Shown: piece after piece, positions 1-8,858 of the stretch
How positions within the stretch are numbered: the stretch's first letter is position 1
How the letters are laid out: each line of letters opens with the position of its first letter
Assembly (NCBI GenBank): GCA_018304505.1
Contig: JAGVWA010000001.1
Coordinates: 68,363 to 132,362, forward strand
DNA: 64,000 nt
Direction: 5' to 3'
Source: Nanobdellati archaeon
Lineage (GTDB): Archaea; B1Sed10-29; JAGVWA01
Position numbers and translations under genes: made by a program
Notes under the pieces: generated by a model
Database searches by the model: none
Told to the model about the DNA's origin: nothing
Seen by the model: the letters and a program-made list of their open reading frames with translations, nothing else

Positions 1-29
1 ATTGTAACGATCAAAAAAGGAAGAATAAC

Positions 30-1313
30 ATGAATCACGAACTAATCATACTCGGCATCATTTTAGCCACGATTCCTGCATGGATTTTCGGCAGGCACTT
101 TAAGTCAGCCCAGAATCACGGGCCACTGGTCTTGTGGAAAACCAAGAAGGGCCTAAAGTACCTGGATAAGCTGGCTGCACACGAGAATTTCTTTACCGTG
201 CTAGCCGACTTGGGCATCATATTCTGCCTTGGCGTCTTCGGCGCGTATTACTTCTACAAGAAAAAAACGCATTCGCTCAGGCGCATCATTGCTTATTACG
301 TTTTCTTCCTCGCCGCAGGTTACGGCATCTACTACATAGCAACGCTTAACACCACCGGCCTTGATCTGCTCGCAGCCCTCGCCGTTGGGGGCTTTGCCCT
401 CTTTATAACCTACTCGCTGGTACTCAACACGGGCCTAATAATAATGAGCTACCTCCTCGGCATGGCCCCTAGCCCCGGCATTGCACCGGTTATTCCAGGT
501 GTCGAAATCCCCGGATCACCGTTGTTTGTCCCGCTGGTTCCTGGCGTCATTGCCCTGATAATTCTGATGGTGGTGCACGAGTTCAGCCACGGCATCCTCG
601 CGAGGGTTGAAAAAATCCACGTGAAGTCCCTCGGCATCCTTAGCCTGGGCATCTTCCCTATAGGCGCATTTACCGAACCTGACGAGGCGCAGCTAAAACG
701 CGTGGATGAACAGCGACGCATGCGGGTTTACGCGGCCGGCTCGATGGCGAATTTTGCAGCCATGGCCTTTTTTCTGTTGCTGCTGTTCGGAGCGCAATCG
801 CTAATCTCAGATGGGATGCAGCAGGAGTACCTCTCGACGCTGGATTACATCAACGTCACAGGCACAGCAGCGGGCTTAGAACGTCTTGCTGGCTTGCAGA
901 TCTACAACACCCAAGATGTTTTTTCTCAAGAGCGGGTTCCAGGAAAACAGCTGACACTACAAACCAACCAAGGCGACATCCAGGTTACCAGAAACGATCA
1001 GGGCATGATCGGCATATCAAGCTACACGGCGCACCAGTTCATGCAGCCAAGCCTCGGGTTCCAGGTAAAACAGGGCTTGCTTGAGGTGCTTTTGTGGTCC
1101 TTCATGCTGAACCTGCTTGTAGGCATTGTCAACTTCCTGCCCTTTTTCGTGTTTGACGGGGCCAAGATCTTTGAAGACGCCGTGAAGTTTTATGGAAGAA
1201 CACTCGGTACGCCTGACGGGATTTTTGCACACAGTGCCACGGTCTCGATGAGCATCTTCATCTTTATCCTGTTGATAATAAATGTGATGCCGTACTTCGT
1301 GGCGCGCATTTAG
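30..1313 (+). CDS. Site-2 protease (peptidase M50, RseP-like) membrane zinc metalloprotease
   Basis: Multi-TM protein with HEFSHG (HExxH) motif and downstream NLLPFFVFDG (LDG) motif typical of the M50 family. Confidence 0.75.
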   Translation: MNHELIILGIILATIPAWIFGRHFKSAQNHGPLVLWKTKKGLKYLDKLAAHENFFTVLADLGIIFCLGVFGAYYFYKKKTHSLRRIIAYYVFFLAAGYGIYYIATLNTTGLDLLAALAVGGFALFITYSLVLNTGLIIMSYLLGMAPSPGIAPVIPGVEIPGSPLFVPLVPGVIALIILMVVHEFSHGILARVEKIHVKSLGILSLGIFPIGAFTEPDEAQLKRVDEQRRMRVYAAGSMANFAAMAFFLLLLFGAQSLISDGMQQEYLSTLDYINVTGTAAGLERLAGLQIYNTQDVFSQERVPGKQLTLQTNQGDIQVTRNDQGMIGISSYTAHQFMQPSLGFQVKQGLLEVLLWSFMLNLLVGIVNFLPFFVFDGAKIFEDAVKFYGRTLGTPDGIFAHSATVSMSIFIFILLIINVMPYFVARI

Positions 1314-1336
1314 GGACTTTTTTCCGCAATAGAATC

Positions 1337-1681
1337 TCAGTGGCCTCGCGGGGTCACAAGCGCACCTTGGAGATCATCCGGAACACCATTGTCGCCATTG
1401 ATGAAGTCAGTCAGCACTTGCGAGGCGCGCTCTGCTTTTTCAAGATCTATTGTATCATTGCGGCTTATGTCACGCACCCATCGGCACAACCGCATGTCCT
1501 CAATTTTAGTGACCTTCCTATGTAGCTTGTCCTGTTCCACCTGCGTTAAGGCAATGCCATAACCTGTTTGGTAGCCTATAGGCAAAATCCTTACAAGGTT
1601 GTGTGGCTTTATTGAGGTAGCTAGTGGAACCTGCGCCTTGTAGTCATCATATTTCATTAATTGCGCCCACATACAGATCAC
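1337..1681 (-). CDS. hypothetical protein
   Basis: 114-aa ORF with no recognisable motif; it fits the intergenic spacing. Confidence 0.3.
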   Translation of the reverse strand: MICMWAQLMKYDDYKAQVPLATSIKPHNLVRILPIGYQTGYGIALTQVEQDKLHRKVTKIEDMRLCRWVRDISRNDTIDLEKAERASQVLTDFINGDNGVPDDLQGALVTPRGH

Positions 1682-1831
1682 TGCCAGAAAAGCATATACG
1701 AAATTATCTGCACCTTATTAAATATAAAGTTAACTAAAGCTAACGCCACACCCCAACAAATAAAGAAAAAAGAGAGAAAGGGATAGCCCTTGTAAGGGGG
1801 CTATTCAGTTGTTTGTTACTGGTTTGGGTTT

Positions 1832-2908
1832 TTATCGCAGGAAGCTTAGGCCCATCATTTCTTCTGGCACGTCCCTGCCGCGCGCTGCGGGCGCTTGGCT
1901 CCTGCCCCGTATGTGGGCACTCTTGACGCCAGTAAGGATTGCGATGACCTCTATCTTGCCTTCGTTTTCAGGCACAACCCTGGCACCCCAGATTACAGGG
2001 TTCTCTGGAGGCAGGCTCTCTGTGAGCATTTCGCCGATTTTGTTGCACTCCCCTAGTGTGAGATCGTTGCCACCGGTTATGTGTATCAGTGCACCCTTTG
2101 CTGTGGAGTAGTCCACGTCTAGCAGCGAGTTGTTGAGCGTGTCGTTTACAACCTCTTCCACCCTGCTGTGTCCGCGGGCCTCTCCAACGCTGATCATTGA
2201 CACACCGCCGTGCGTCATGGTTGCCCTGACGTCTGCGAAGTCCAGGTTAATGAGGCTCGGGGTTGTGATTGTTTCTGTTATGCCCTTTACTGCCCGCGCC
2301 ATGACTTCGTCAGCAACGCTGAATGCTTCTTCCAAAGGCAAGTTCGGCACAAGTTCAACAAGTCGGTTGTTGTCTAGAATGATTACAGTGTCAGCAACCT
2401 CTTGCAGCCTTTCTATGCCTTGGTCTGCTTTCTGTAGTCTTGCGCGTTCTAACTTGAATGGGTATGTCACCATGGCAATGACGATCGCACCTGTTTCCTT
2501 TGCAATGTCTGCAATTACGGGTGCTGCGCCCGTGCCTGTGCCTCCGCCCATGCCGGCTGTGATGAACAACATATCGACACCGTCAAGTAATTGAGACAAA
2601 GCTGCTCTTGAGACTTCTGCTGATTTTTCTCCCACATCAGCGAAGCCTCCTGCGCCCAATCCTCGTGTTACACTCGCTCCGATCAAGAGTTTCTTGACAG
2701 AGTCGTGTACCAGGGTTAGATGTTGCCTGTCAGTGTTGACGGCAATTAGATCTGCGCCAGTAATTCCTATCCTGGCGAGCCTGTTCAAAGTGTTATTTCC
2801 GCCGCCACCGACGCCGATAACACTAATTCGCGGGCCATCAACAAGAGTTGTTGGGGCCTTTTTGTTTCCTTTATCAAGGGAAATGGCATCTCTTACAATA
2901 GATTCCAC
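1832..2908 (-). CDS. ftsZ: Cell division GTPase FtsZ
   Basis: Tubulin/FtsZ signature GGGTGTG (here [15 protein letters not shown]) and N-terminal GGGGNN motif; 358 aa. Confidence 0.9.
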   Translation of the reverse strand: MESIVRDAISLDKGNKKAPTTLVDGPRISVIGVGGGGNNTLNRLARIGITGADLIAVNTDRQHLTLVHDSVKKLLIGASVTRGLGAGGFADVGEKSAEVSRAALSQLLDGVDMLFITAGMGGGTGTGAAPVIADIAKETGAIVIAMVTYPFKLERARLQKADQGIERLQEVADTVIILDNNRLVELVPNLPLEEAFSVADEVMARAVKGITETITTPSLINLDFADVRATMTHGGVSMISVGEARGHSRVEEVVNDTLNNSLLDVDYSTAKGALIHITGGNDLTLGECNKIGEMLTESLPPENPVIWGARVVPENEGKIEVIAILTGVKSAHIRGRSQAPAARGRDVPEEMMGLSFLR

Positions 2909-3216
2909 TAAACGTCACCTCGAACAAATAACTCCATTCTCATATATATATGTATCGAAACGAAATCGGGCCCAGAAAGACACGTCCATCCAAACGTGGC
3001 TTTTTCTGCTAGCGATTTCATTTCTCTTTCCCGATGTTCTCCTGATTTTTTCGAGCTGACTATGTTGACTAAATTGACTAAATGCAAGATGAAAAATAAC
3101 TAACTGCACAAAATTCAAACCGATTTAAACCAGATAAGTTCACAAAATCACTATACGTAAGCCAATCCACAAAGATAGCCGATGTTGCGAACCAACATTA
3201 TATATATCGTTCAATT

Positions 3217-3495
3217 TTATTCAGGTCTCAGTACCGAGAGCGCGCCGCTTTCTTCCATTTCACGAGTCTTCTCAATTCCAAGCAACTTAGTTGCACCATT
3301 AATTATGGCCTCGCCCCACGCGCGTTTTTCTTCTGGCGTCAAGTCCACCATTTCTATTTTTTCAAAACCCGCGGCAGTATTCCTCGACTCCCTTAGGACA
3401 CCCCTGAGAAGATTAGCTGCAACCACCTCGCTCATTCCCCCATAGGCCCTTCTGAAACCATCTTGGCCAGCAATGTCAGTAACAGCGTTCCACAT
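3217..3495 (-). CDS. small hypothetical protein adjacent to ftsZ (start uncertain, alternatives at 3522 and 3555)
   Basis: ORF of 92-112 aa. A palindromic TATA-overlapping site lies immediately upstream on the minus strand. Confidence 0.35.
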   Translation of the reverse strand: MWNAVTDIAGQDGFRRAYGGMSEVVAANLLRGVLRESRNTAAGFEKIEMVDLTPEEKRAWGEAIINGATKLLGIEKTREMEESGALSVLRPE

Positions 3496-3520
3496 TAAAT
3501 CCCCACCACAAAATTGCAGC

Positions 3521-3548
3521 ATACATGTATACCTACATGTATAAATAC
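3521..3548 (-). promoter_or_regulatory. Two copies of the 8-bp palindrome TACATGTA overlapping a TTTATAC TATA-like element
   Basis: Sequence ATACATGTATACCTACATGTATAAATAC: two perfect palindromes 12 nt apart, 27-53 nt upstream of ATG 3495 on the minus strand. Confidence 0.4.
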
Positions 3549-3568
3549 TTTTCAATTAATGCCGAACA

Positions 3569-3666
3569 GTTTAACCCCAAATTCACCAAACCGAGTTAAG
3601 GAACGCTTATATTGACAAAGAAATAGAAAAGAGAACATAAAACGCGGGAATCCCATTCCCGGCGCC
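3569..3666. repeat. ~95-nt repeat, copy 1 (near-identical copy at 17262-17353)
   Basis: ccaaattcaccaaaccgagttaaggaa...aaaacgcgggaatcccattcccggcgcc. On the minus strand it reads as a hairpin (CGGGAAT-GGG-ATTCCCG) plus T-tract, followed by an AATATAAG TATA-like box. Confidence 0.7.
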
Positions 3667-3775
3667 TATTTCTCCACGCCCTAATTATAACCAACACGCC
3701 ATATAAAAGTTAATTACAACTACCACGGGTTAAGAATTACACAAAACATATAAAAACCAAAACACATAAAGTAAA

Positions 3776-4052
3776 TGGCAGGCTAGGCTGGGAGGTTAGC
3801 GGTCTCCTGTTACTCCAGATCCGCTTTACGGGAGAGCTGAAGTTGGGAGAGCGCGATGCATGTTGCGTTAAAGCCTAGTGCTGAGCGCTGACTTCCTGTC
3901 CTGTTGGATTCGTAGTACTTGGAACCTGGTCAGGCCTTGACGGGAGCAGCCATAACATCTATTGCGGATGTCTTCAGGGTAGCAGGAACGAGCAAGGTGC
4001 TAGACCACTTTGGTGCAGTGTGCATTGTCATTTCCTAACGTGCCTGCCACCG
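3776..4052 (+). ncRNA. ffs: Signal recognition particle RNA (7S/SRP RNA)
   Basis: Domain IV motif CUGGUCAGGCCUUGACGGGAGCAGCCAUAA matches the conserved GGUCAGGxCCGGAAGGxAGCAGCC helix-8 signature. The 5' GGCAGGC pairs with 3' GCCUGCC, giving ~277 nt. Ends are approximate. Confidence 0.75.
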
Positions 4053-4067
4053 TTTGCGTGATGAAAA

Positions 4068-4796
4068 ATGACGAACGACATGAAAATAATTCTCTTGGCC
4101 ATTATGCTGCTATTCGGAGCAATGGGCTTCAGGGCTTACGAAATAGCCACCGCGCAAACAACGCCGCAGATCGTAGACAACGGGGGCTTCACAAAAACAC
4201 AGGTGTTCCTGCCAGCACTGACAGAGCTGAACAACGGCTTCCTCGTCCCGCTATACGTTGAAATAAAACCAGGCGCGGGAAAAATCCTGGTGAACATCGA
4301 CAACCCGAGCTTCATTGTTGACACGCAGCAGAGCGTCAGAAAAGCGGTTGAGCAAGCCGCATCATTGACAAACACAGACCTATCGGGTGTGGACGTGATT
4401 TTCTCAATGTCAACTCAGGGAGACACTGTAGTAAGTGGCCCCAGCGCCGGCGCCGCAATGTCGGTAGCCCTCTCATCGATTTTGCTTCAACGCCACATCA
4501 AGCCCGGCGTCATAATTACCGGCCAGATACTCGACAACGGAAAAATCGGCATTGTCGGCGGCATCATCGAGAAACTCAGGGCAGCAGAAAAAGGCAACAT
4601 GTCCATGATGTTGGTGCCCCCGGGAGAACTTGTTACCGAAGAGCCGATACAGGAGTGCACTGAAAAATCATCTACAGGATATGTTGAGAGGCGGTGCACT
4701 GTCTCATACCGCAAGGCAGGTGTTGCAGAGCAAACGTCTATTAATGTGAAAGAAGTGTCTACACTACAAGAAGCCATTGACTTAATGCTGGAGTGA
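4068..4796 (+). CDS. Secreted/membrane-anchored Lon protease C-terminal (S16) domain protein, no ATPase domain
   Basis: N-terminal hydrophobic anchor. Has the Lon catalytic Ser motif GPSAGAAM and Lys-containing GGIIEKLRAAEKG...LVP. Confidence 0.6.
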   Translation: MTNDMKIILLAIMLLFGAMGFRAYEIATAQTTPQIVDNGGFTKTQVFLPALTELNNGFLVPLYVEIKPGAGKILVNIDNPSFIVDTQQSVRKAVEQAASLTNTDLSGVDVIFSMSTQGDTVVSGPSAGAAMSVALSSILLQRHIKPGVIITGQILDNGKIGIVGGIIEKLRAAEKGNMSMMLVPPGELVTEEPIQECTEKSSTGYVERRCTVSYRKAGVAEQTSINVKEVSTLQEAIDLMLE

Positions 4797-5491
4797 AAAA
4801 CAAAATGAAGTTATCACTGGTGCTGCTGTACCTTGTAATCATCGCCGGGTTTTTCTACCTCGGCCTGCAAACCGAGCTGCCTGTGAAAACCCAGATGATT
4901 GAAAAGGAAACCATAGTTTACACGGTGCTCGAGAAGCCCACCAACACCACAGTAGAAGTATCGGCGTTTCCGAGCAACGCAGTCACTGTTTACGGCATCG
5001 GCGTTTTCAGGGACACTGACACAGGCCGCCTTGTACCGATTGACGTAGGCTTAGCAGACGGCACCGGCAATACCTATATTGACGTGCGCGCCAATGTCTT
5101 TGGCAAGACCTTTCAAGACTCGCTGCGCATCATCAGGCAAGTCGTGGCAAGGGAAACAAACCAGGATATATCACGCAAGGACATCTTCATCAAAGTCCAA
5201 GCCCCGGAATTATCGATTGAGGGGGAGTCAGGCAGTGTAGAAATCGCCCTGGGCCTCTATTCGCTAATTGAAAACAAACCCCTACGCGAGAGCACAATTG
5301 TTTCCGGGACATTGCAAGAAGACGGCTCAATAACCATGGTGGAAGCACTTGAAACCAAGGTACAGGTACTCGAAAACCTCGGCGTGAAAAGGTTCTTATA
5401 CCCCGCGACGCAGAAATTACCAGACAACGGCTTCTCCATAGAAACAATACCTATAAAGAACTTTTCAGAAGCCGTAAAACAATCTTTCTAA
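4793..5491 (+). CDS. Paralogous Lon-C-like (S16) domain protein, membrane-anchored
   Basis: N-terminal TM segment. EGESGSVE is a variant of the GPSAG motif; ALETKVQVLENLGVKRFLYP matches the Lon Lys region. Lies in tandem with the previous gene. Confidence 0.5.
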   Translation: MKNKMKLSLVLLYLVIIAGFFYLGLQTELPVKTQMIEKETIVYTVLEKPTNTTVEVSAFPSNAVTVYGIGVFRDTDTGRLVPIDVGLADGTGNTYIDVRANVFGKTFQDSLRIIRQVVARETNQDISRKDIFIKVQAPELSIEGESGSVEIALGLYSLIENKPLRESTIVSGTLQEDGSITMVEALETKVQVLENLGVKRFLYPATQKLPDNGFSIETIPIKNFSEAVKQSF

Positions 5492-5511
5492 ACAATGTCA
5501 TTCTAAACAAT

Positions 5512-5627
5512 GCTGAGGTCGCATAGACCTCGGAGAATCCCCGATTCTCCGCAGGATGCAATGGTATTGCGCAGGGTTGCTAACCCTGTTCCGCAAGGAA
5601 TCGTGGGTTCGAATCCCACCCTCAGCG
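5512..5627 (+). tRNA. tRNA-Ser(GCU) with ~37-nt intron at a non-canonical position between acceptor and D stem
   Basis: Acceptor GCUGAGG/CCUCAGC, anticodon arm CAGGG-UUGCUAA-CCCUG, long variable arm UUCC-GCAA-GGAA, T arm GUGGG-UUCGAAU-CCCAC. An extra ~37 nt follows the acceptor 5' strand. Confidence 0.6.
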
Positions 5628-5777
5628 TCAAAGTTCGCCTAGCGGCGCATCAAGCATAGCTTGACGCACCTGTTTTTACGTCCCAGCTAATAAATAAACT
5701 TCCGCTGGTTTAAACCCAAACCAGTTAGCAAAAATTATAAAAACAACGAACGCGTAAAGAATATCTAGGTGAAAAAA

Positions 5778-5942
5778 ATGGCAAGGCCTATTGCAGCAAC
5801 CCCGATTCTCAAGGGACCAGAAGCCGACAAGTTCTTAGAGCAAATGCTAAAGGGCCCAACAATAGCAGAACGGGAACGAGCACAAAAAATATGGTCAAAA
5901 TTACTCAAAGCACCATATGTCAGGGGTTTCCAACTCGAATAG
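5778..5942 (+). CDS. Putative antitoxin partner of the GNAT toxin (54 aa)
   Basis: Small ORF immediately upstream of the GNAT toxin and overlapping it. This is the typical TacA/TacT-type arrangement. No strong motif. Confidence 0.35.
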   Translation: MARPIAATPILKGPEADKFLEQMLKGPTIAERERAQKIWSKLLKAPYVRGFQLE

Positions 5943-6496
5943 GTAGCCCTTCTAGGGCAAACAACGTCCTCAACGAACTTATTATAAAACCCCTAAACGA
6001 AGACGATGTCGGGGCCATACAAGTTTTTGAGTGCGACGAAAAAGAGCTAACCGATTGGCTAAAGACCGACGCACTACGCGATCAAGCGCTCATGATCTCT
6101 AGAACATTCCTTGTAAAACACCCAAAAAACGGGGCATTAGGATACTTTTCCCTGCTTAACGATAGCATACGGCTAGACCCTGAACTAAAAGGCAAATGGA
6201 AGCGCAGGGAGATTGAATATTCATCCTTACCTGCCCTGAAAATCGGGAGGTTGGCAACCCACAAGAACCATATCAAAAAAGGAATCGGAAAGGCAATGCT
6301 AGCTAACATACTCAAAGAAACACTAAAAAACATAACCCCCAGATCGGGCTGCAGATACATAACCGTTGACTCGCTGCCAAACGCAATTGGCTGGTACAAG
6401 AAACTGGACTTTGAAGAACTCAAAACCAAAACAAAAAGAAAGCTCAGCGTTCCGATGTACTTTGACCTCGAGCGTATAGCACAGGTTGCTTCATGA
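5891..6496 (+). CDS. GNAT-family acetyltransferase toxin (TacT/AtaT-like)
   Basis: N-terminal region VFECDEKELTDWLKTDALRDQALMISRTFLV resembles TacT. The GNAT motif is LKIGRLATHKNHIKKGIGKAML (R/Q-x-x-G-x-G/A). Confidence 0.65.
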   Translation: MVKITQSTICQGFPTRIGSPSRANNVLNELIIKPLNEDDVGAIQVFECDEKELTDWLKTDALRDQALMISRTFLVKHPKNGALGYFSLLNDSIRLDPELKGKWKRREIEYSSLPALKIGRLATHKNHIKKGIGKAMLANILKETLKNITPRSGCRYITVDSLPNAIGWYKKLDFEELKTKTKRKLSVPMYFDLERIAQVAS

Positions 6497-6544
6497 GGCG
6501 CCAGTACCAACGTACTAATATACACCTCATATTTTCGCATATGG

Positions 6545-6889
6545 ATGCAAGACCTGACACAGTCAAACCAGGATGAAGTGCTTGACATAATGCTCGGGCG
6601 CAACAACGGCAAGGGCCCAAGACAAAAACGCATGGTTGCCATCGAACGAAAAACAGGCATAATTAACTACATCGACTTGAACGACGACTTCGGCATAATC
6701 GCAACGCGTGTAAGCCCTAACGGCGCTGTGTTAAGTCGCGACCTGTACGAACATCAGGAGTTCTTTGACAAAGTGGCGGGCACTTCTTCAGGACAGACGA
6801 CAACCAAGTCAACGGCACGTTCTCGAAAATTATTCAACGGCCATTGCATTCCGAAGAACTCGAGGCCATCTCAGACCTACAAAGGGTAA
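6545..6889 (+). CDS. hypothetical protein
   Basis: 114-aa ORF between the TA pair and priS with no recognisable motif. Confidence 0.3.
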   Translation: MQDLTQSNQDEVLDIMLGRNNGKGPRQKRMVAIERKTGIINYIDLNDDFGIIATRVSPNGAVLSRDLYEHQEFFDKVAGTSSGQTTTKSTARSRKLFNGHCIPKNSRPSQTYKG

Positions 6890-6922
6890 TATAGAAAAAC
6901 AACAAGCTGCAGAACTAGATGC

Positions 6923-8023
6923 ATGGATCCCACACTGCAGAACAGACCCGACAGCATGCCCTTTATCAAACAAAAGTTCTCAAGGTACTACCAGGAAAAC
7001 CCAGTTACAGCGCCACGGGACGTGGGACACAGGGAATTCGGCTTCGGGAACGACAAGAAAATCGACTTCCGGCATTACAGCTTCAAACAAGAGCAGGATT
7101 TGCAGAATTACTTTGTCTCCGAGACCCCATTGTATGGCAGCTATTCCTGCGCCTACTACGAATTCCCGGCAGGCAGGCCAATGCTGAAAAAGAACAAGCA
7201 GGGCTCAGAACTGACGTTCGAATTCGACGTGCACTGCACACACAACACCTTGACGTGCAACATCTGCATGGACACTACAAAGCAAGACACACTAAGCCTA
7301 ATCGAGGACTTTCTCATTCCCGACTTCGGTTTTTCCAAAAATGACGTAAGCGTGAACTTCTCCGGCAACAGAGGTTATCACATTCACGTAGAGAACGACA
7401 AGGTCCAGGAACTAAATTCGCGCGCAAGACGAGAGATTATCGACTACGTGATGGGAAGGGACATCGAGTTCATGCCCCAGCAGCGCCCACTTCCAGCGCA
7501 CCACGGCTGGCAGGGCAAGCTGTCAAGGGCACTGCATAGCGTTATCGAAAACGCAACGCCCGAATCACTACGAGAATACGGGTTCAAATCCACGACAATA
7601 GAAAAGATCATCCAGAATAAAAACGCCATACTGCATGACATAAACCTGGGGATCTACACAAACTTTCCCAGAAGCATGAACGCGTGGCAGAAAATTCTCC
7701 AAAAGAAAATCGATGAAACGAGGCTTGAAATCGACGCCGGTGTGACCCTAGACGTGTCCCGGCTGATGAGAATACCCTCAAGTTTGCACGGCGGCACGGC
7801 CTTCTGCGCTTCCATAATCAAGAACCTCGACGCATATGAGCCGCTGCGCGACTCTGTTGTTTTCCCTGACAAACCCCGCAGGATACAGGCAATCAAGGAC
7901 ATCCCAGACTTCCAACTCAAAGATCAGACAATAAACAGCATCAGCAACGGCCACGAAGCCGAGGTTCCTGAATTTGCAGCAATGTATCTGATTTGCCAAA
8001 ACTTAGCAATACCGAAGGAATAA
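6923..8023 (+). CDS. priS: DNA primase small (catalytic) subunit PriS
   Basis: Archaeo-eukaryotic primase motifs REFGFG and SGNRGYHIHV; 366 aa. Confidence 0.9.
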   Translation: MDPTLQNRPDSMPFIKQKFSRYYQENPVTAPRDVGHREFGFGNDKKIDFRHYSFKQEQDLQNYFVSETPLYGSYSCAYYEFPAGRPMLKKNKQGSELTFEFDVHCTHNTLTCNICMDTTKQDTLSLIEDFLIPDFGFSKNDVSVNFSGNRGYHIHVENDKVQELNSRARREIIDYVMGRDIEFMPQQRPLPAHHGWQGKLSRALHSVIENATPESLREYGFKSTTIEKIIQNKNAILHDINLGIYTNFPRSMNAWQKILQKKIDETRLEIDAGVTLDVSRLMRIPSSLHGGTAFCASIIKNLDAYEPLRDSVVFPDKPRRIQAIKDIPDFQLKDQTINSISNGHEAEVPEFAAMYLICQNLAIPKE

Positions 8024-8061
8024 AAACCACAACGTCCTTAGATAAGCAGGGCTGATTTCTG

Positions 8062-8637
8062 ATGAACTACGAAGACCTGAGACGATTCCACCGCATAGAG
8101 AAGGGTTCACCAAAGATTGTGCAGGTGCCTGAAAACTTCTACGAGGAGATTGCACAACTAATGAACAGCCAAAAAAAAACGTACCTAAGCAGCAACAACC
8201 CGGATGAGCTAAGGGTTTACGAAAACATCCGCGTAATCGCGAATGACCTATACGAACGGAGAGAACAAAAAATCATTATGAAGAGCCTCCGGAATGTCAG
8301 GACCGAGAGCCTGGAAGACCACGACCTCACTGCAACGGAAAAACACCTGTTCAGAACCATTACAGGCGCAATACAATATGCCCGGGCATCGTTCTTTGAC
8401 GCCCAAACAGATAACAGCATAGACAACACAAAAGTGGTGCTGGGCACTGAAATAAGTGCAGTAAACCACGAACCTAGATTAACTGAACCGCCATTAATAA
8501 AGATGACCGCGGACGTGCCCAGGTTTGTTTCCCAGGACATGCATGAATACGGCCCGTTCCAGGCCAACGAGATAGTAAAAATCCCTAAAAAGGAAGCCGA
8601 TCTCCTCCTCAACCGCAACCTAGCGGAAATCGTGTAA
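8062..8637 (+). CDS. Putative GINS subunit (Gins15/Gins51-like)
   Basis: 191-aa protein directly downstream of priS, which is the conserved archaeal priS-gins neighbourhood. Assignment is by synteny and size only. Confidence 0.45.
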   Translation: MNYEDLRRFHRIEKGSPKIVQVPENFYEEIAQLMNSQKKTYLSSNNPDELRVYENIRVIANDLYERREQKIIMKSLRNVRTESLEDHDLTATEKHLFRTITGAIQYARASFFDAQTDNSIDNTKVVLGTEISAVNHEPRLTEPPLIKMTADVPRFVSQDMHEYGPFQANEIVKIPKKEADLLLNRNLAEIV

Positions 8638-8858
8638 CACAAAGAGGCCGTTCCGTTCAATTGAGGGATGTTCATTCTCGGCTGTTCAGGTAGGCTGTTG
8701 TCAGGGGAGAGCCTATGATTTTTTTTCCAAGAAACTTTTTTAGGGGCCATACATTACTTCCATTTACTTATAATTTAGATATGATTTACTTCTAATCTAT
8801 CGATTTACGCAAATTATAGAACCACATTTAAATACTTCTAATTTACTTATTATAACTA

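Noticed and set aside
6082-6660. 192-aa minus-strand ORF
   Set aside because: It is antisense to the well-supported GNAT toxin gene, has low-complexity composition, and has no motif.
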